Assembly: GCA_021797775.1 (NCBI GenBank)
Contig: JAJZZC010000002.1
Location: 11,761 to 75,760 of the forward strand
Length of the DNA: 64,000 bases
Reading direction: 5' to 3'
Origin: Bacillota bacterium
Lineage (GTDB): Bacteria; Bacillota; Sulfobacillia; RBS10-35; JAJYVN01
Shown here: piece after piece, positions 47,235 to 57,096 of the stretch
How positions within the stretch are numbered: position 1 is the stretch's first letter
Layout: every line of letters begins with the position of its first letter
Program-made: the position numbers and the translations under genes
The notes under the pieces: model-generated
Told to the model about the DNA's origin: nothing
The model's database searches: none
Seen by the model: the letters and a program-made list of their open reading frames with translations, nothing else

Positions 47235-48089
47235 ATGCCTGTGGCCGACCAGTACCTGCTGGGCCGCTCGCCCTCCTTCCCGCTGGCCGCCACCCAGGAG
47301 GGGCGTACCGACCTGGCCCTGAGTTCCAGCGCGCCCCCCAGCGGGATCGTCCGCGGCACCGTGTCGGACCCAAGCGGGGCCGGGATCGGCGGCGCCACCG
47401 TGAAGCTGATCACCCCGGGCGGCGCTCCGGTGGACCATCAGGATACCAACCCCGCCGGCAACTATATCTTCAACAATGTCGCGCCAGGCAGCTACAGCCT
47501 CGTGGTGGCGAAGACGGGGTACGTGACCTCGTCGACCGTAACGTTCACCATCGAGGGCGGCCAGCAGTTGACGATCGACGTCACGCTGACGCCGAGCACG
47601 ACCCCGCAGGGCACCATCTACGGCTTCGTGACGGACTCCAGCACGGGGGCTCCGCTGGCCAGCGCACCGGTCATATTGACGCAAGGATCGCCGCCCACAG
47701 CCGTGGCGATCACGCTGACCGACGCCGCGGGCGAGGTGATGTTCTGCGAGGTGCCGGACGGCAGCTACTCCCTGCTCGCCGCCGGCTCGGAAGGCTACCT
47801 GGCGTCCCTGCCGAGCCCGGTCACCGTGAACGGCGGGGCCTTCGTCTCGATCTCCATCGCCATGCTTCCCGTTCCCGTGCCCCAGGCGACCGTCAACGGC
47901 TTCATCACGGATGCCGCCACGGGGAACCCGATCCCGAACGCCTGCGTCGGCCTCTACACGCTGGACGGCACCGGCCTCGAGACGCTGCAGCAGGTCACCT
48001 TCACCGACTCCGGCGGCCGCTACCTCTTCAGCCGCGCCGGCGCCGGCAACTACGTCGTCAAGGCGAAGGCCGAGACGACGGCGCCTTGA
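47235..48089 (+). CDS. Protein with three CarboxypepD_reg (transthyretin-like) domains and no signal peptide
   Basis: Three repeats of G.V.D...G.P...A.V.L......T.A.G.Y.F..V..G.Y.L....GY. AGGAGGTG lies 6 nt upstream of the ATG. Confidence 0.75.
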   Translation: MPVADQYLLGRSPSFPLAATQEGRTDLALSSSAPPSGIVRGTVSDPSGAGIGGATVKLITPGGAPVDHQDTNPAGNYIFNNVAPGSYSLVVAKTGYVTSSTVTFTIEGGQQLTIDVTLTPSTTPQGTIYGFVTDSSTGAPLASAPVILTQGSPPTAVAITLTDAAGEVMFCEVPDGSYSLLAAGSEGYLASLPSPVTVNGGAFVSISIAMLPVPVPQATVNGFITDAATGNPIPNACVGLYTLDGTGLETLQQVTFTDSGGRYLFSRAGAGNYVVKAKAETTAP

Positions 48090-48196
48090 CCGGTCCGCCC
48101 GCTCATGGACCTCCGCCGCCGCCCTGTCCCTGACGCCCCGGGGGGCGGCCGGGGCAGGGCGGCGGCCCCGCGTCGCGTTCGGGCCGTCGGGAGGCC

Positions 48197-48877
48197 TCAG
48201 GCTCGCGGCCTGAGGACGACGTCCCGCTGGACCCGCTCCGCCCTCCGTAGCCGCAGGCGCTCCTGGTGGGGGGTGAAGCCAGGCTTCCACGAGAGGAGCA
48301 GGTAGTCGCCCGGCCGGACGCCGCAGAGGAGGTACTCGCCGTCGGCGATGCTGGTAGTGACGTACGTCCTGTCCGGTGCGCGGCCGCCGGCCGGCACCAG
48401 AGCCACCCCCGCGCCGGCCACTGGCAGGTGCCCGGCTGTCAGGACGTGGCCGCCGAACGTCGCCCGGTCGGCGTTGGTCTCCCTCATCAGCTCGATGTCC
48501 TGCCGCGCGACGCCGCCGGGCCGGACGCGGAAACATCCGCCGAGGAACGTCTCGAAGCCCGGGGAGGCGGCGGCCAGGCGGTAGCGCCCCGGACGGAGGG
48601 GGTGAAAGAGGTAGAAACCCGTCTGCCCGTCGGGCTGGACGTGGGCGACGGGTTCCCCGTCGCCGGTCAGGAGCTGCACGACCGCCCGGGCGCGAGCACT
48701 ACGGGGGGAGAGGCGGCCGAAGACCACACCTGTTCCCAGCGGGGGCGCGGGTCGCAGAGTCAGGTCCTGACGTACCTCCTGGCCGTCTTGCAGGGAAAAG
48801 ACCGGAGACGGGGTCAAGCTGTAGGTGTCGTGCTGGGCCAACGCGCCGACGCTCCCCACGGACCGGTCTCCGCCCAA
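48197..48877 (-). CDS. CarboxypepD_reg-domain protein that begins mid-domain (probably N-terminally truncated)
   Basis: The N-terminus ...YSLTPSPVFSLQDGQEVRQDLTLRPAPP corresponds to the last strands of such a domain. Two full domains follow. There is an in-frame stop at 48950. Confidence 0.6.
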   Translation of the reverse strand: MGGDRSVGSVGALAQHDTYSLTPSPVFSLQDGQEVRQDLTLRPAPPLGTGVVFGRLSPRSARARAVVQLLTGDGEPVAHVQPDGQTGFYLFHPLRPGRYRLAAASPGFETFLGGCFRVRPGGVARQDIELMRETNADRATFGGHVLTAGHLPVAGAGVALVPAGGRAPDRTYVTTSIADGEYLLCGVRPGDYLLLSWKPGFTPHQERLRLRRAERVQRDVVLRPRA

Positions 48878-49427
48878 TCTATGCCGGGTTCGCCCGGCGT
48901 AACGGGGCAGGGCAAGGGAACACCAGTGCCCCTGACCCCCATTTGGCCGTCACGGTGGTCCGCTTCTCGCTTGACACAGGCACCTGTCCGCGGGCCAGGC
49001 TATGCACAGCCGGGGCGGGGGGTGTCGCGATGGCCCGCAGGCAGCGCCGGGCAACCGTCGGAGGACCGCGGCGGCGCGCGGCCATCGCTTCATGTCGGTC
49101 CGCGCGCCGCCCTGGGGTCACCGCCCCGCGCCGCAGGGCGGTCCTGTGCGTGCTCGGGTCGGCCCGGCGGCCAGGGCTGGCCGTCACGGAGGTCCTATCC
49201 ACATACGCTAACGTGAACACCATACACTCTGGTCCTGTGATTGTGGGATTCATCCGAAGTCGCTCCGGAATCTTACCCTAAACAGTCACATGATGTTTCC
49301 CTTTCCACGCAACCGATCTCCTCCGTGCGCCGCGCGCCCCGCAGGACCGTTTTAGCAACGCGGCGAATGACAATCGCGCTCGAACCGGTGCGGTTCGGGG
49401 GAATGTTCGGAGAGGGGGACCCCATTG

Positions 49428-50876
49428 ATGCACCGTGCGGCCCCAACGGTCCTGGACACATCACGGGGCTGGACGAGGCGGCGGATGGCGCGATACGCGG
49501 CGACCGCCGTGGGCGCGTCCGCTCTTGCTAGCGTGTTGCCGGTACCGGCGGGAGCGGCCCCTGCGGTGACCAACGGCCAGACCACCGTGGTATGGAACCC
49601 GATCTGTAGTTACTGGCAGTTTCCCGCGAATACGATCATCCAACTGATTAACGAGAACGTCGTTCCAGAGTTTCAGCGGCAGAACCCCGGCATCCGCTTG
49701 GTGTCGGCGGGCCCCATGATCAACACCAGTGACACGACTAGCGCCATTCTCGCCGGCTCGGCACCCGATGTCTTTCCTGACAACAACATCGCCCCGTACG
49801 TGGAAAGTAAGCTCGCCCTGGACCTCACGCCCTACATGCAGCAGGACAACGTCAACCAGAACCTGTTCGCCACGAGCCAAATGGCCAAGTTCGCGGGCAA
49901 CGGCGCAATCTATGCGCTGCCCTCCTACATTGGCACCACCGTCATGCTCGTGAACAAGGGCCTGATCGGCCAACTCGGCCTGAACCTACCCCAGCCGGAC
50001 TGGACCTATCTGCAATGGACGGATCTCTTCCGCTCCGCCGCGGGGGTGGTCAAAGGGCAGCAGCGCTACGGCACCAGCATCTTCGGCGGCGTCATGCCGT
50101 ACACGATGCACGGCTTCGGCGCGTCCATCGTGAGCGAGACCGATCCGACGCAGCCCGGCTTCGACAATCCAGCCGGCGTCGCCGCCACAAACTGGGTCAT
50201 CACCCTACTTCAGGACAAGGTCGCCATCACCAACGGTGGCGGGCAGTTCAACACGGAGAAACTCTTCCCCCAGGGGTTGACCGTGTGCCCGATGTGCTGG
50301 ATCCAGATGCTGCCGCACTGGGTACCCATCCTCGAGGGCATGGACTGGGACTTCTACCAGATGCCGCTGTGGCCGAAGCAGCCCGGTACCTTCGCCAACT
50401 CGGACTTCTGGGCGATCAGCGCGGCCACGAAGGTGCCCGAAGCCGCCTGGGCGCTGCTGAAGTTCATCACGACGGGCGGTCAGTACTCACGCCTACTGAT
50501 GCGCGCCGCCCTCTTCCCACCGAACCTCAAGTCGCTGTGGCCGGAATGGGTCGGGGCGGTGCAGGCGGTCGCCCCTCCCCTGCGCGGCAAGAACCTTGAA
50601 GCCTTCTCGCAGTACGTGCTCACCGACCACGCCTATCCGGGTCGCGACTTCGCGTACTTCAGCAGCCAGGCCCAGGGCATCTTCGGCACCTGGATCGGCA
50701 AGATCCTGTCGCGCCAGGTCGACGTCGCTGGGGGCCTCCAGCAGGCCGCCCAGCAGATCCGCGCGTTCGAGGCCAGCGCCCACGGCCTAGAGGCGGCGCA
50801 GAGCGCCCTGCAGCAGCGGGACTCCGTCCTTGCCCAAAGCCTGTTTCCGGATCCGGTCCTTGGGCTGAGGCCGTAA
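49428..50876 (+). CDS. ABC-type extracellular solute-binding protein (family 1, sugar type), Tat-like signal, no lipobox
   Basis: TRRRMARYAATAVGASALASVLPVPAGAAPA signal, with an SBP_bac_1-like body. GGAGAGGGGGA upstream of the ATG. Confidence 0.85.
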   Translation: MHRAAPTVLDTSRGWTRRRMARYAATAVGASALASVLPVPAGAAPAVTNGQTTVVWNPICSYWQFPANTIIQLINENVVPEFQRQNPGIRLVSAGPMINTSDTTSAILAGSAPDVFPDNNIAPYVESKLALDLTPYMQQDNVNQNLFATSQMAKFAGNGAIYALPSYIGTTVMLVNKGLIGQLGLNLPQPDWTYLQWTDLFRSAAGVVKGQQRYGTSIFGGVMPYTMHGFGASIVSETDPTQPGFDNPAGVAATNWVITLLQDKVAITNGGGQFNTEKLFPQGLTVCPMCWIQMLPHWVPILEGMDWDFYQMPLWPKQPGTFANSDFWAISAATKVPEAAWALLKFITTGGQYSRLLMRAALFPPNLKSLWPEWVGAVQAVAPPLRGKNLEAFSQYVLTDHAYPGRDFAYFSSQAQGIFGTWIGKILSRQVDVAGGLQQAAQQIRAFEASAHGLEAAQSALQQRDSVLAQSLFPDPVLGLRP

Positions 50877-50941
50877 GCGAGCGGTGCCGTACCCCCGCTA
50901 GGCTCCGGCCCCAACCATTCGGAGAGGAGACCCACATCAGA

Positions 50942-52408
50942 ATGCGCGGAAACGGTTTCGCCCACCGTGGCTGGTTCCGTGCGGGATCGCTGGGCCGCAG
51001 CATGGCCGCAGGCGCCGGCGCCGCACTCGTCCTGGCTGCGGCCGCCAGCGCCTGGGCCGCCGGCCTCAAGCCCTACCCCGCCAACGCCGTCCCCGTGGGC
51101 ACGCACGAGACGTACGCCACCTGTGGGTTCCCCCGCTTGAAGTGCGCGCCGGGCGTGCTCGGCCAGAGCAGCCACACCGAACCGGCGCCGCAGAGCAACG
51201 GCCCCTTCGTCGAGGTGTCGCTCGCCCCCTGGATCCAGGCCTACGGGGCAGACGCCGTCGCGCCCCAGCCCGCCAAGCCCCTGGCCAACGGGTCCATCTA
51301 TCCGAAGCTGACCCCGTACGGCGGATCGCACGGTCCGGGTATCGGCGGGAACGTGCTGCCGTCCGCCTACTTCCCATCCACCGGCACGTGGCAGGCGGAT
51401 GTCCAGGGTCTCAAGATTCCGTTCCTCATCCCGGACTGGGGGCTCGGGGTACGCTCCGTGCTGCCCGTATCGGCCAACATCACGGTGCCAGTGCCGCATG
51501 ACCGCTACATCGTGGCCTGGCTGCTCGGTACAGGCACCTACGGCAGCCAGACCGCGATCGTCACCGAGCGGTACAGCGACGGGACCACACAGCAGATCCC
51601 GCTCACCTATCCCGACTGGTGCGCCGAGGCCGCGCTGCCCCCGTTCTACCCCGTGATCATCACGCCCTACCGGCTGCACCCCACCGGCGCGCCGGGCTAC
51701 AGCGGCTGCGGTGCCTTCTATGCGGAGTTCCTGCCGACGGACACGAGCAAGACGCTGGTGTCGCTCTCGTTTCCGAACACCACATCCAACATGTACTTGA
51801 TGTCCCTAACGCTGGAGGCGGTCTCGGGCAACGCCCCGGCGCCGTTGCCGGTCAGCGCGGTGCACGTGGCCGCGCCGCAGGCGCTTACCTCGGTGTCGTT
51901 TGTCGCCGGCGCGCAGCCAGCCACCAACGGCATCATTCAAGTCCAGGCCGGCGGAAATGTAGGCGACAGTGAGTATAGCGTGGGGGCGGTCGCGGGCAGG
52001 CCGGCCTTCATCTTCGCCAAGAACACGACGGTGGTTCCGCAGACGCCGACTGCCGCCTCCTACCTGTACTTTCAGGTCGACCGAACCAGCGGTTTCCTGA
52101 GCAGCACGCCCCATACCCTCTATCTGACGGTGACGTACTACGATTCCCCCGGCAAGGCGGTGCTGCAGCCGCAGTACGACTCGTCTATCGCCTCCGCGCC
52201 GGTGCACGGGGCTTACGCCAGTGCCGCCGCAGTGACGACCACGGGCACGAAGGCGTGGAAGACCGTGACCTTCCAGCTCAACCAGACGAACTTTGCGGAG
52301 GGCGAGAACGGAGGCGCGGACTTCCGCTTGGCGGGGACGCCCGGCCTCGCCGTAGCGGGGGTTGCCCTGGCCACGCAACCGCCCACGGGGGCCAAGGTGT
52401 TGAAGTAA
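50942..52408 (+). CDS. Secreted hypothetical protein (488 aa)
   Basis: Signal-like AAGAGAALVLAAAASAWAAG, beta-rich, no recognised domain. GGAGAGGAGA upstream. Confidence 0.65.
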   Translation: MRGNGFAHRGWFRAGSLGRSMAAGAGAALVLAAAASAWAAGLKPYPANAVPVGTHETYATCGFPRLKCAPGVLGQSSHTEPAPQSNGPFVEVSLAPWIQAYGADAVAPQPAKPLANGSIYPKLTPYGGSHGPGIGGNVLPSAYFPSTGTWQADVQGLKIPFLIPDWGLGVRSVLPVSANITVPVPHDRYIVAWLLGTGTYGSQTAIVTERYSDGTTQQIPLTYPDWCAEAALPPFYPVIITPYRLHPTGAPGYSGCGAFYAEFLPTDTSKTLVSLSFPNTTSNMYLMSLTLEAVSGNAPAPLPVSAVHVAAPQALTSVSFVAGAQPATNGIIQVQAGGNVGDSEYSVGAVAGRPAFIFAKNTTVVPQTPTAASYLYFQVDRTSGFLSSTPHTLYLTVTYYDSPGKAVLQPQYDSSIASAPVHGAYASAAAVTTTGTKAWKTVTFQLNQTNFAEGENGGADFRLAGTPGLAVAGVALATQPPTGAKVLK

Positions 52409-52729
52409 GCTGCCGCCACGGCACGACCGGCCTGGTCCCGGTGGCAAGCGGCACCGACAGGGGCGCGGCGCGGGCCGACAACGCCCGCACCGCCCTCTTT
52501 GGCGACGGTGCTCCCCCTGGTCCGGGAAGCGGGAGGGGTGGCGCCGAGCCCCGCCTCCATGCGGCGCGGGGGACACGCGCCCGCCGCCCGCGCCGCCCAG
52601 GATGGCGCCTCCCGGGGCGGGGGGACAGGGCCTCCGCCCGGTGGCCCCGCACGTCTGACATCCCGAGCCGGCATCGCCGAGCCCCTTGCGCCCGTACCCG
52701 ACTGAGGCACCGCGCCCGGCAACGGCGCC

Positions 52730-53308
52730 TCAGTCGGCCACCTCCACACTATCGACCCGCACCCCGCCTCGGTCGATGCGCAACAGCACCTCCCCGCGGT
52801 CGGTCGACAAACGAAAGCGGTACCCGCCGGGGCCATCCGCCGACACGGTGAACCCCTCTAGCCGTGCGCCGTTCAGGGCTCGCAGCGCACCGGTTACGGC
52901 CTCCGCCTGCGCAACGGCCGCGCGCCCCGCTGGCGTCCGCGCGTGCAAGCCGCGGGCCAGCGTGTCGGCGGCGCGGCCGTGCACGCGCTCGAAGCGGCCG
53001 GTCTCGATGCCCAGACGCAGTACCTGTTCCAGGGCGGGGAGTTCGGCCTCCCCCACCCGGCGTTCGGCGACGGCTGCCCGCAGTGCGACGAACCGTCCGC
53101 GCGCATCCTCACCCCGCACACTGTGCAGAATGCCGTCGACCTCCGGCTGCAGCAGGTCGGCCGCGGCCTCATCCAACGTCACGGGTGCCGGGGCGGAGTC
53201 CACCGTCCCGGCACCCGCCTCCTCACCATCCGCACCCACGGCGCCATCCCCCTTTGAAAAGACCGGACTCGCCACGCCGTGGCTCCCGCACCCCGGGCCA
53301 ACGACCAC
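52730..53308 (-). CDS. Hypothetical protein
   Basis: 192-aa ORF with a plausible helical core (LPALEQVLRLGIETGRFERVHG). No recognised family. The start is uncertain. Confidence 0.45.
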   Translation of the reverse strand: MVVGPGCGSHGVASPVFSKGDGAVGADGEEAGAGTVDSAPAPVTLDEAAADLLQPEVDGILHSVRGEDARGRFVALRAAVAERRVGEAELPALEQVLRLGIETGRFERVHGRAADTLARGLHARTPAGRAAVAQAEAVTGALRALNGARLEGFTVSADGPGGYRFRLSTDRGEVLLRIDRGGVRVDSVEVAD

Positions 53309-53856
53309 GAGCGGGACCCGTGCCCCTTCGTTCCCTCCGCGGACCGTGCGGGGCTACACGGTCGCGGTGGGGCGGGGAGGCCACCACTGCGACTACCCGC
53401 GACCGCAACAGCGTAGGCATGGCCGACAACGCCGCCCGGTTGGGGCCCGGGATGGCCACGAGGCTTCCCAGAGACATGCTGCTCACCTGGGACGGTATGG
53501 CAACCGGGCGATTCCGTGGCACGGGTCACGACCGTGGGGCCGATGCGGGCGCCGAGGCCCCCACAGGGGAGATAGGGCCCCGTAAGCAGGGGACTTGTGC
53601 AGCAGCCTCTTAGACCTGCCCTTGGCGCGGAATAGCCCAGGCATATGGGTGCACCGCAGGGCCCGTCCGGGTCGCTGGCACACAGCCCTCCCACCCGGTA
53701 CCGGCGCGGAACGACCAGGGCGGCGGCACGACCGCGAGAGCGGGACCAGACGAAATGGCCCCGCTCCGATCACATGGCCCTCGGGCGCTCGGCGACGGCG
53801 GGTCGGCCCAAAGACCGCTCCGTAGGACGCCGTGCGCCCCGCGGTCGCCCATCGTC

Positions 53857-54681
53857 CTACCCCGCTCGGCCCCGCACGACGTCGTCCAGCAGGACCTCCA
53901 GCTCGTGCTCGAAGCCCCCTGTCTCGATGGAGCAGTGCATGCCGCACTCCTTGGGCGCGCCCTGCTCCCACCACCAGCGGCCGGCCCGCGGGTCCTCACC
54001 GGCTGTAGTGGGACGCGTGCAGCATGCGCAGGAGATGCTGGTGTAACCCTGGTCGTAGAGCCGGTTGTATGGCACATCGTGCGCGTGGATGTACGCCCAC
54101 ACGTCCTCGTGGATCCAGTCCGCCAGGGGGTTGAGCTTCACGATCCCGTCGTGGTCGTGGTCGACGTCGATCTTGCGGATGTTGCTGCGCGTCGGCCAGT
54201 GCTCGCGCCGCAGGCCGGTCACCCAGGCGTCGAGCTGCGCCAGCTTACGCTTGAGCGGCTCGACCTTCCGCACCTCGCAGCAGAGCAGGCGCTTGGCCAC
54301 ACTCTGGTAGAAGAGGTTGATGCCATGACGCCCCGTCATGCGCGCCAGCTCCGAGGCATCGGGGAACTCCACTTCAACCTCGACCCCGTACTTCGCCCGC
54401 ACGCGGTCGATCAGTTCGTAGGTCTCCTCGGGCATGCGGCCGGTGTCTACGGTGAAGATGCGTACCCGCGGGTCGATGCGCCAGGCCATGTCGAACAGGA
54501 CAAGGCTCTCCGCCTGCAGCGAACTGCAGACGGCGAGGCGGTCACCGAATCGCTCGACGGCCCACGCCAGGATCTCTTCGGCGGGCTTGTCGTCGAAAGC
54601 GACAGCCAGTTCCCCGACCTCGTAATCGTCGAGCAAGACGCGGTGCTCCGCGCCACGCACAGCCTCCGCCAACGCCGCCAC
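53857..54681 (-). CDS. cysH: Adenylylsulfate (APS)/PAPS reductase CysH, Fe-S type
   Basis: Contains LAVCSSLQAES, LLCCEVRKVEPL, SISCACCTRP and catalytic KECGMH. The CC...CxxC pattern is typical of APS reductases. GTG at 54681. Confidence 0.9.
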   Translation of the reverse strand: MAALAEAVRGAEHRVLLDDYEVGELAVAFDDKPAEEILAWAVERFGDRLAVCSSLQAESLVLFDMAWRIDPRVRIFTVDTGRMPEETYELIDRVRAKYGVEVEVEFPDASELARMTGRHGINLFYQSVAKRLLCCEVRKVEPLKRKLAQLDAWVTGLRREHWPTRSNIRKIDVDHDHDGIVKLNPLADWIHEDVWAYIHAHDVPYNRLYDQGYTSISCACCTRPTTAGEDPRAGRWWWEQGAPKECGMHCSIETGGFEHELEVLLDDVVRGRAG

Positions 54682-54760
54682 CCCCTTCTCCCCCGGGCTG
54701 CCGCAACCAAGTCGCGGCGCCGACCACGCCCCCCCGGCCAGGGCGGAGCGCCCCGGGGGG

Positions 54761-56401
54761 TCAGGCCCCCCGCGCCAGGGCCACCAATTCCGCGTCGCTC
54801 TTGCGCTCAAAGTAGGCACGGTAGCTCTCGCCCGCCTGCCGCTCGCGCAGGTAGCCGGCGACGAGCCGCTCCACGTACGCCGTGACCTGATCCTTGGGCA
54901 CCCGCCGGACCACGGGCCGCCCGATGGCAGCCTCGGGCCCCTGGCCGCCACGCAGGAAGATGTCGTAGGCCTCGATCTTGTCGCCCGCCTCGCCGCGCAA
55001 CGTGGTGCCCTGCAGGCCGATGTCACCGATGAAGTGATGGGCGCAGGCGTGCGGGCAGCCGTCCAGGTTAAGGCGGAGGGCCTCCACCTCGGGGCCGAAC
55101 GTCTCTTCCAGATGACCGACGATGTCGCGCAGCTTGGTCTTGGTCTCGCCCACGGCGTAGTTGCAGAGCGGGCTACCGGTGCAGCCGATGGCCACCCCCC
55201 GCAACCCGTGCGCCCCTAACGGGAAGCCGATGTCCACCAGGGCGGCGCGCACGCCCTCCACCCGCCCCGCTGGGACATCGGTAAGAATGACATTCTGCTG
55301 GCGGGTGAGCCGGATGCCACCGGCGAAGGACGCGGCCAAGTCGGCCAGCGCCTCCATCTGCGGGCCGCGCACGATCCCCAGGAACACGGGCACGCCCACG
55401 TAATAGAGCCCGGGCTGTCGCTGCGGGTGCACCCCCAAGTGGACCTGTGGCCCCGGCGCGGCCTCCGGGGCCACCCCGTCCGCCAGGCGCCGCCCGAGGA
55501 TCTCCTCCACCCGCCGGCGGTATTCCGCGGGTCCGTGGTCGTCCATCGCGAACTTCAGCCGGGCCTTGGCCCGCGACATCCGGTATTTCATGTCGGCGGA
55601 CCAGACGTCGATGACGGCGCGGAGGACCGTGATGACCTCGTCCACGTCCGCCGGGACGAAGACCCCGATGTCCCTGCTGATGCGCGGCGCCGTGGACAGC
55701 CCCCCGCCGACCCGTAGCGCGAAGCCGTCCCGGCCGCTGCCATCCCGGGTTCCGACCAGGGCGATGCAGTGGATCTCCGGCGCGTTGCACTGGTGCGGGC
55801 AGGCCGAGATCGTGATCTTGTGCTTGCGCGGCAGGTTGCAGTACGCGCGGTTGCCGTAAAAGTACGCTGCGGCCGCCTCGACGAAGGGCCGCGTGTCGAA
55901 GAGCTCGGCCGGATCGAGCCCCGAGACCGGGCAGCCCGTGATGTTGCGCACGGTGTCGCCGCAGCCGCCGGCTGTGCTCAGGCCGGCCGCCTCCAGCTCC
56001 TGGAACACGGCTGGCAGGTCGGGCAGCGTAATCCAGTGCAACTGCACGTTCTGGCGCGTGGTCAGTTCGCCCTCATCGCGCCCGAAGCGCCGGCTGAGGC
56101 GCCCGAGCGTCCGCAGCTTCGCGGGGGTGAGCACCCCCGCCGGCAGCTTGACACGCATCATGAAGGTGCCGACCTTGGGCTTGTCGTGGTAGAGGCCCCA
56201 CCACTGCAGGCGGACGATGTCCTCCTCCGGCACGGCCTCGTAGCCGTCCCGGATGAGACGCGGCAACTCGCCGCGCACGTCCAAGGGATGCAACTCCCGC
56301 TTCAGACGCTCGATCGCATTGCGCTTCAGCACGTCCTCATAGGTCGGCGCCCCGGCCCCGGCCGCCGGCCCGGCGGCGCCGCGGTGGACGGTCTCGCTCA
56401 T
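54761..56401 (-). CDS. Assimilatory sulfite reductase (ferredoxin-type, siroheme/4Fe-4S hemoprotein)
   Basis: Two NIR_SIR repeats, with cluster/siroheme cysteines in IGCTGSPLCNYAVGETK and LDGCPHACAHH. Confidence 0.92.
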   Translation of the reverse strand: MSETVHRGAAGPAAGAGAPTYEDVLKRNAIERLKRELHPLDVRGELPRLIRDGYEAVPEEDIVRLQWWGLYHDKPKVGTFMMRVKLPAGVLTPAKLRTLGRLSRRFGRDEGELTTRQNVQLHWITLPDLPAVFQELEAAGLSTAGGCGDTVRNITGCPVSGLDPAELFDTRPFVEAAAAYFYGNRAYCNLPRKHKITISACPHQCNAPEIHCIALVGTRDGSGRDGFALRVGGGLSTAPRISRDIGVFVPADVDEVITVLRAVIDVWSADMKYRMSRAKARLKFAMDDHGPAEYRRRVEEILGRRLADGVAPEAAPGPQVHLGVHPQRQPGLYYVGVPVFLGIVRGPQMEALADLAASFAGGIRLTRQQNVILTDVPAGRVEGVRAALVDIGFPLGAHGLRGVAIGCTGSPLCNYAVGETKTKLRDIVGHLEETFGPEVEALRLNLDGCPHACAHHFIGDIGLQGTTLRGEAGDKIEAYDIFLRGGQGPEAAIGRPVVRRVPKDQVTAYVERLVAGYLRERQAGESYRAYFERKSDAELVALARGA

Positions 56402-56463
56402 GCGGCTTCCCCTCCCCTCCGGGTTCTGCTCCGGGTCGCAAAGGCAGGGCAGACGACGTGCGC

Positions 56464-57096
56464 CTACCGCGTCCGGTCGTCGCCGCCCGGGCGGCCACCG
56501 ATACCGGCGCCTGGCATGACATAACCACGCGCCTTCAGGTGGCCGAGGATGCGTTGCACGGACACGTCGACGGTTTCGGCCGAGCTGTCCACCACGATGT
56601 CTGGATCCTCCGGCTCCTCGTAGGGGTCGGACACACCGGTGAAGTGCGCGATCTCACCGCGCAATGCCTTGGCATACAGGCCCTTCACGTCACGGCGCAC
56701 GAGTTCGGGCAGGGGGCAGCGCACGTATACCTCGACGAAGTCACCGATGAGTTCCCGGGCCTCCCGGCGTGCCGCCGCATAGGGCGAGATGGCCGCGGAG
56801 ATGGCGACAACGCCGTTCCTGCTCAACAGATGGCAGACGAACGCGATGCGGCGCACGTTCGTGTCGCGGTCCTCGCGCGAAAAGCCGAGCCCCTTGCTCA
56901 GGTTGGTGCGGACCACGTCGCCGTCCAGGATCTCCACCCGCCGGCCACGGGCGCGCAGTTCTGCCCCTAGCGCCGTGCTGAGCGTCGATTTCCCCGCCCC
57001 AGACAACCCCGTGAACCAGATGGTGAAGCCTCGATCCAGGAGGTCACCTGAAGGGACCGGGACCTGGCGGGGGGCTCCGGGCGTTGGCTCGGGCAC
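56464..57096 (-). CDS. cysC: Adenylylsulfate kinase
   Basis: Contains [37 protein letters not shown] and KGLYAKA. GTG at 57096 with GGAGGAGG 7 nt upstream. Confidence 0.9.
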   Translation of the reverse strand: MPEPTPGAPRQVPVPSGDLLDRGFTIWFTGLSGAGKSTLSTALGAELRARGRRVEILDGDVVRTNLSKGLGFSREDRDTNVRRIAFVCHLLSRNGVVAISAAISPYAAARREARELIGDFVEVYVRCPLPELVRRDVKGLYAKALRGEIAHFTGVSDPYEEPEDPDIVVDSSAETVDVSVQRILGHLKARGYVMPGAGIGGRPGGDDRTR

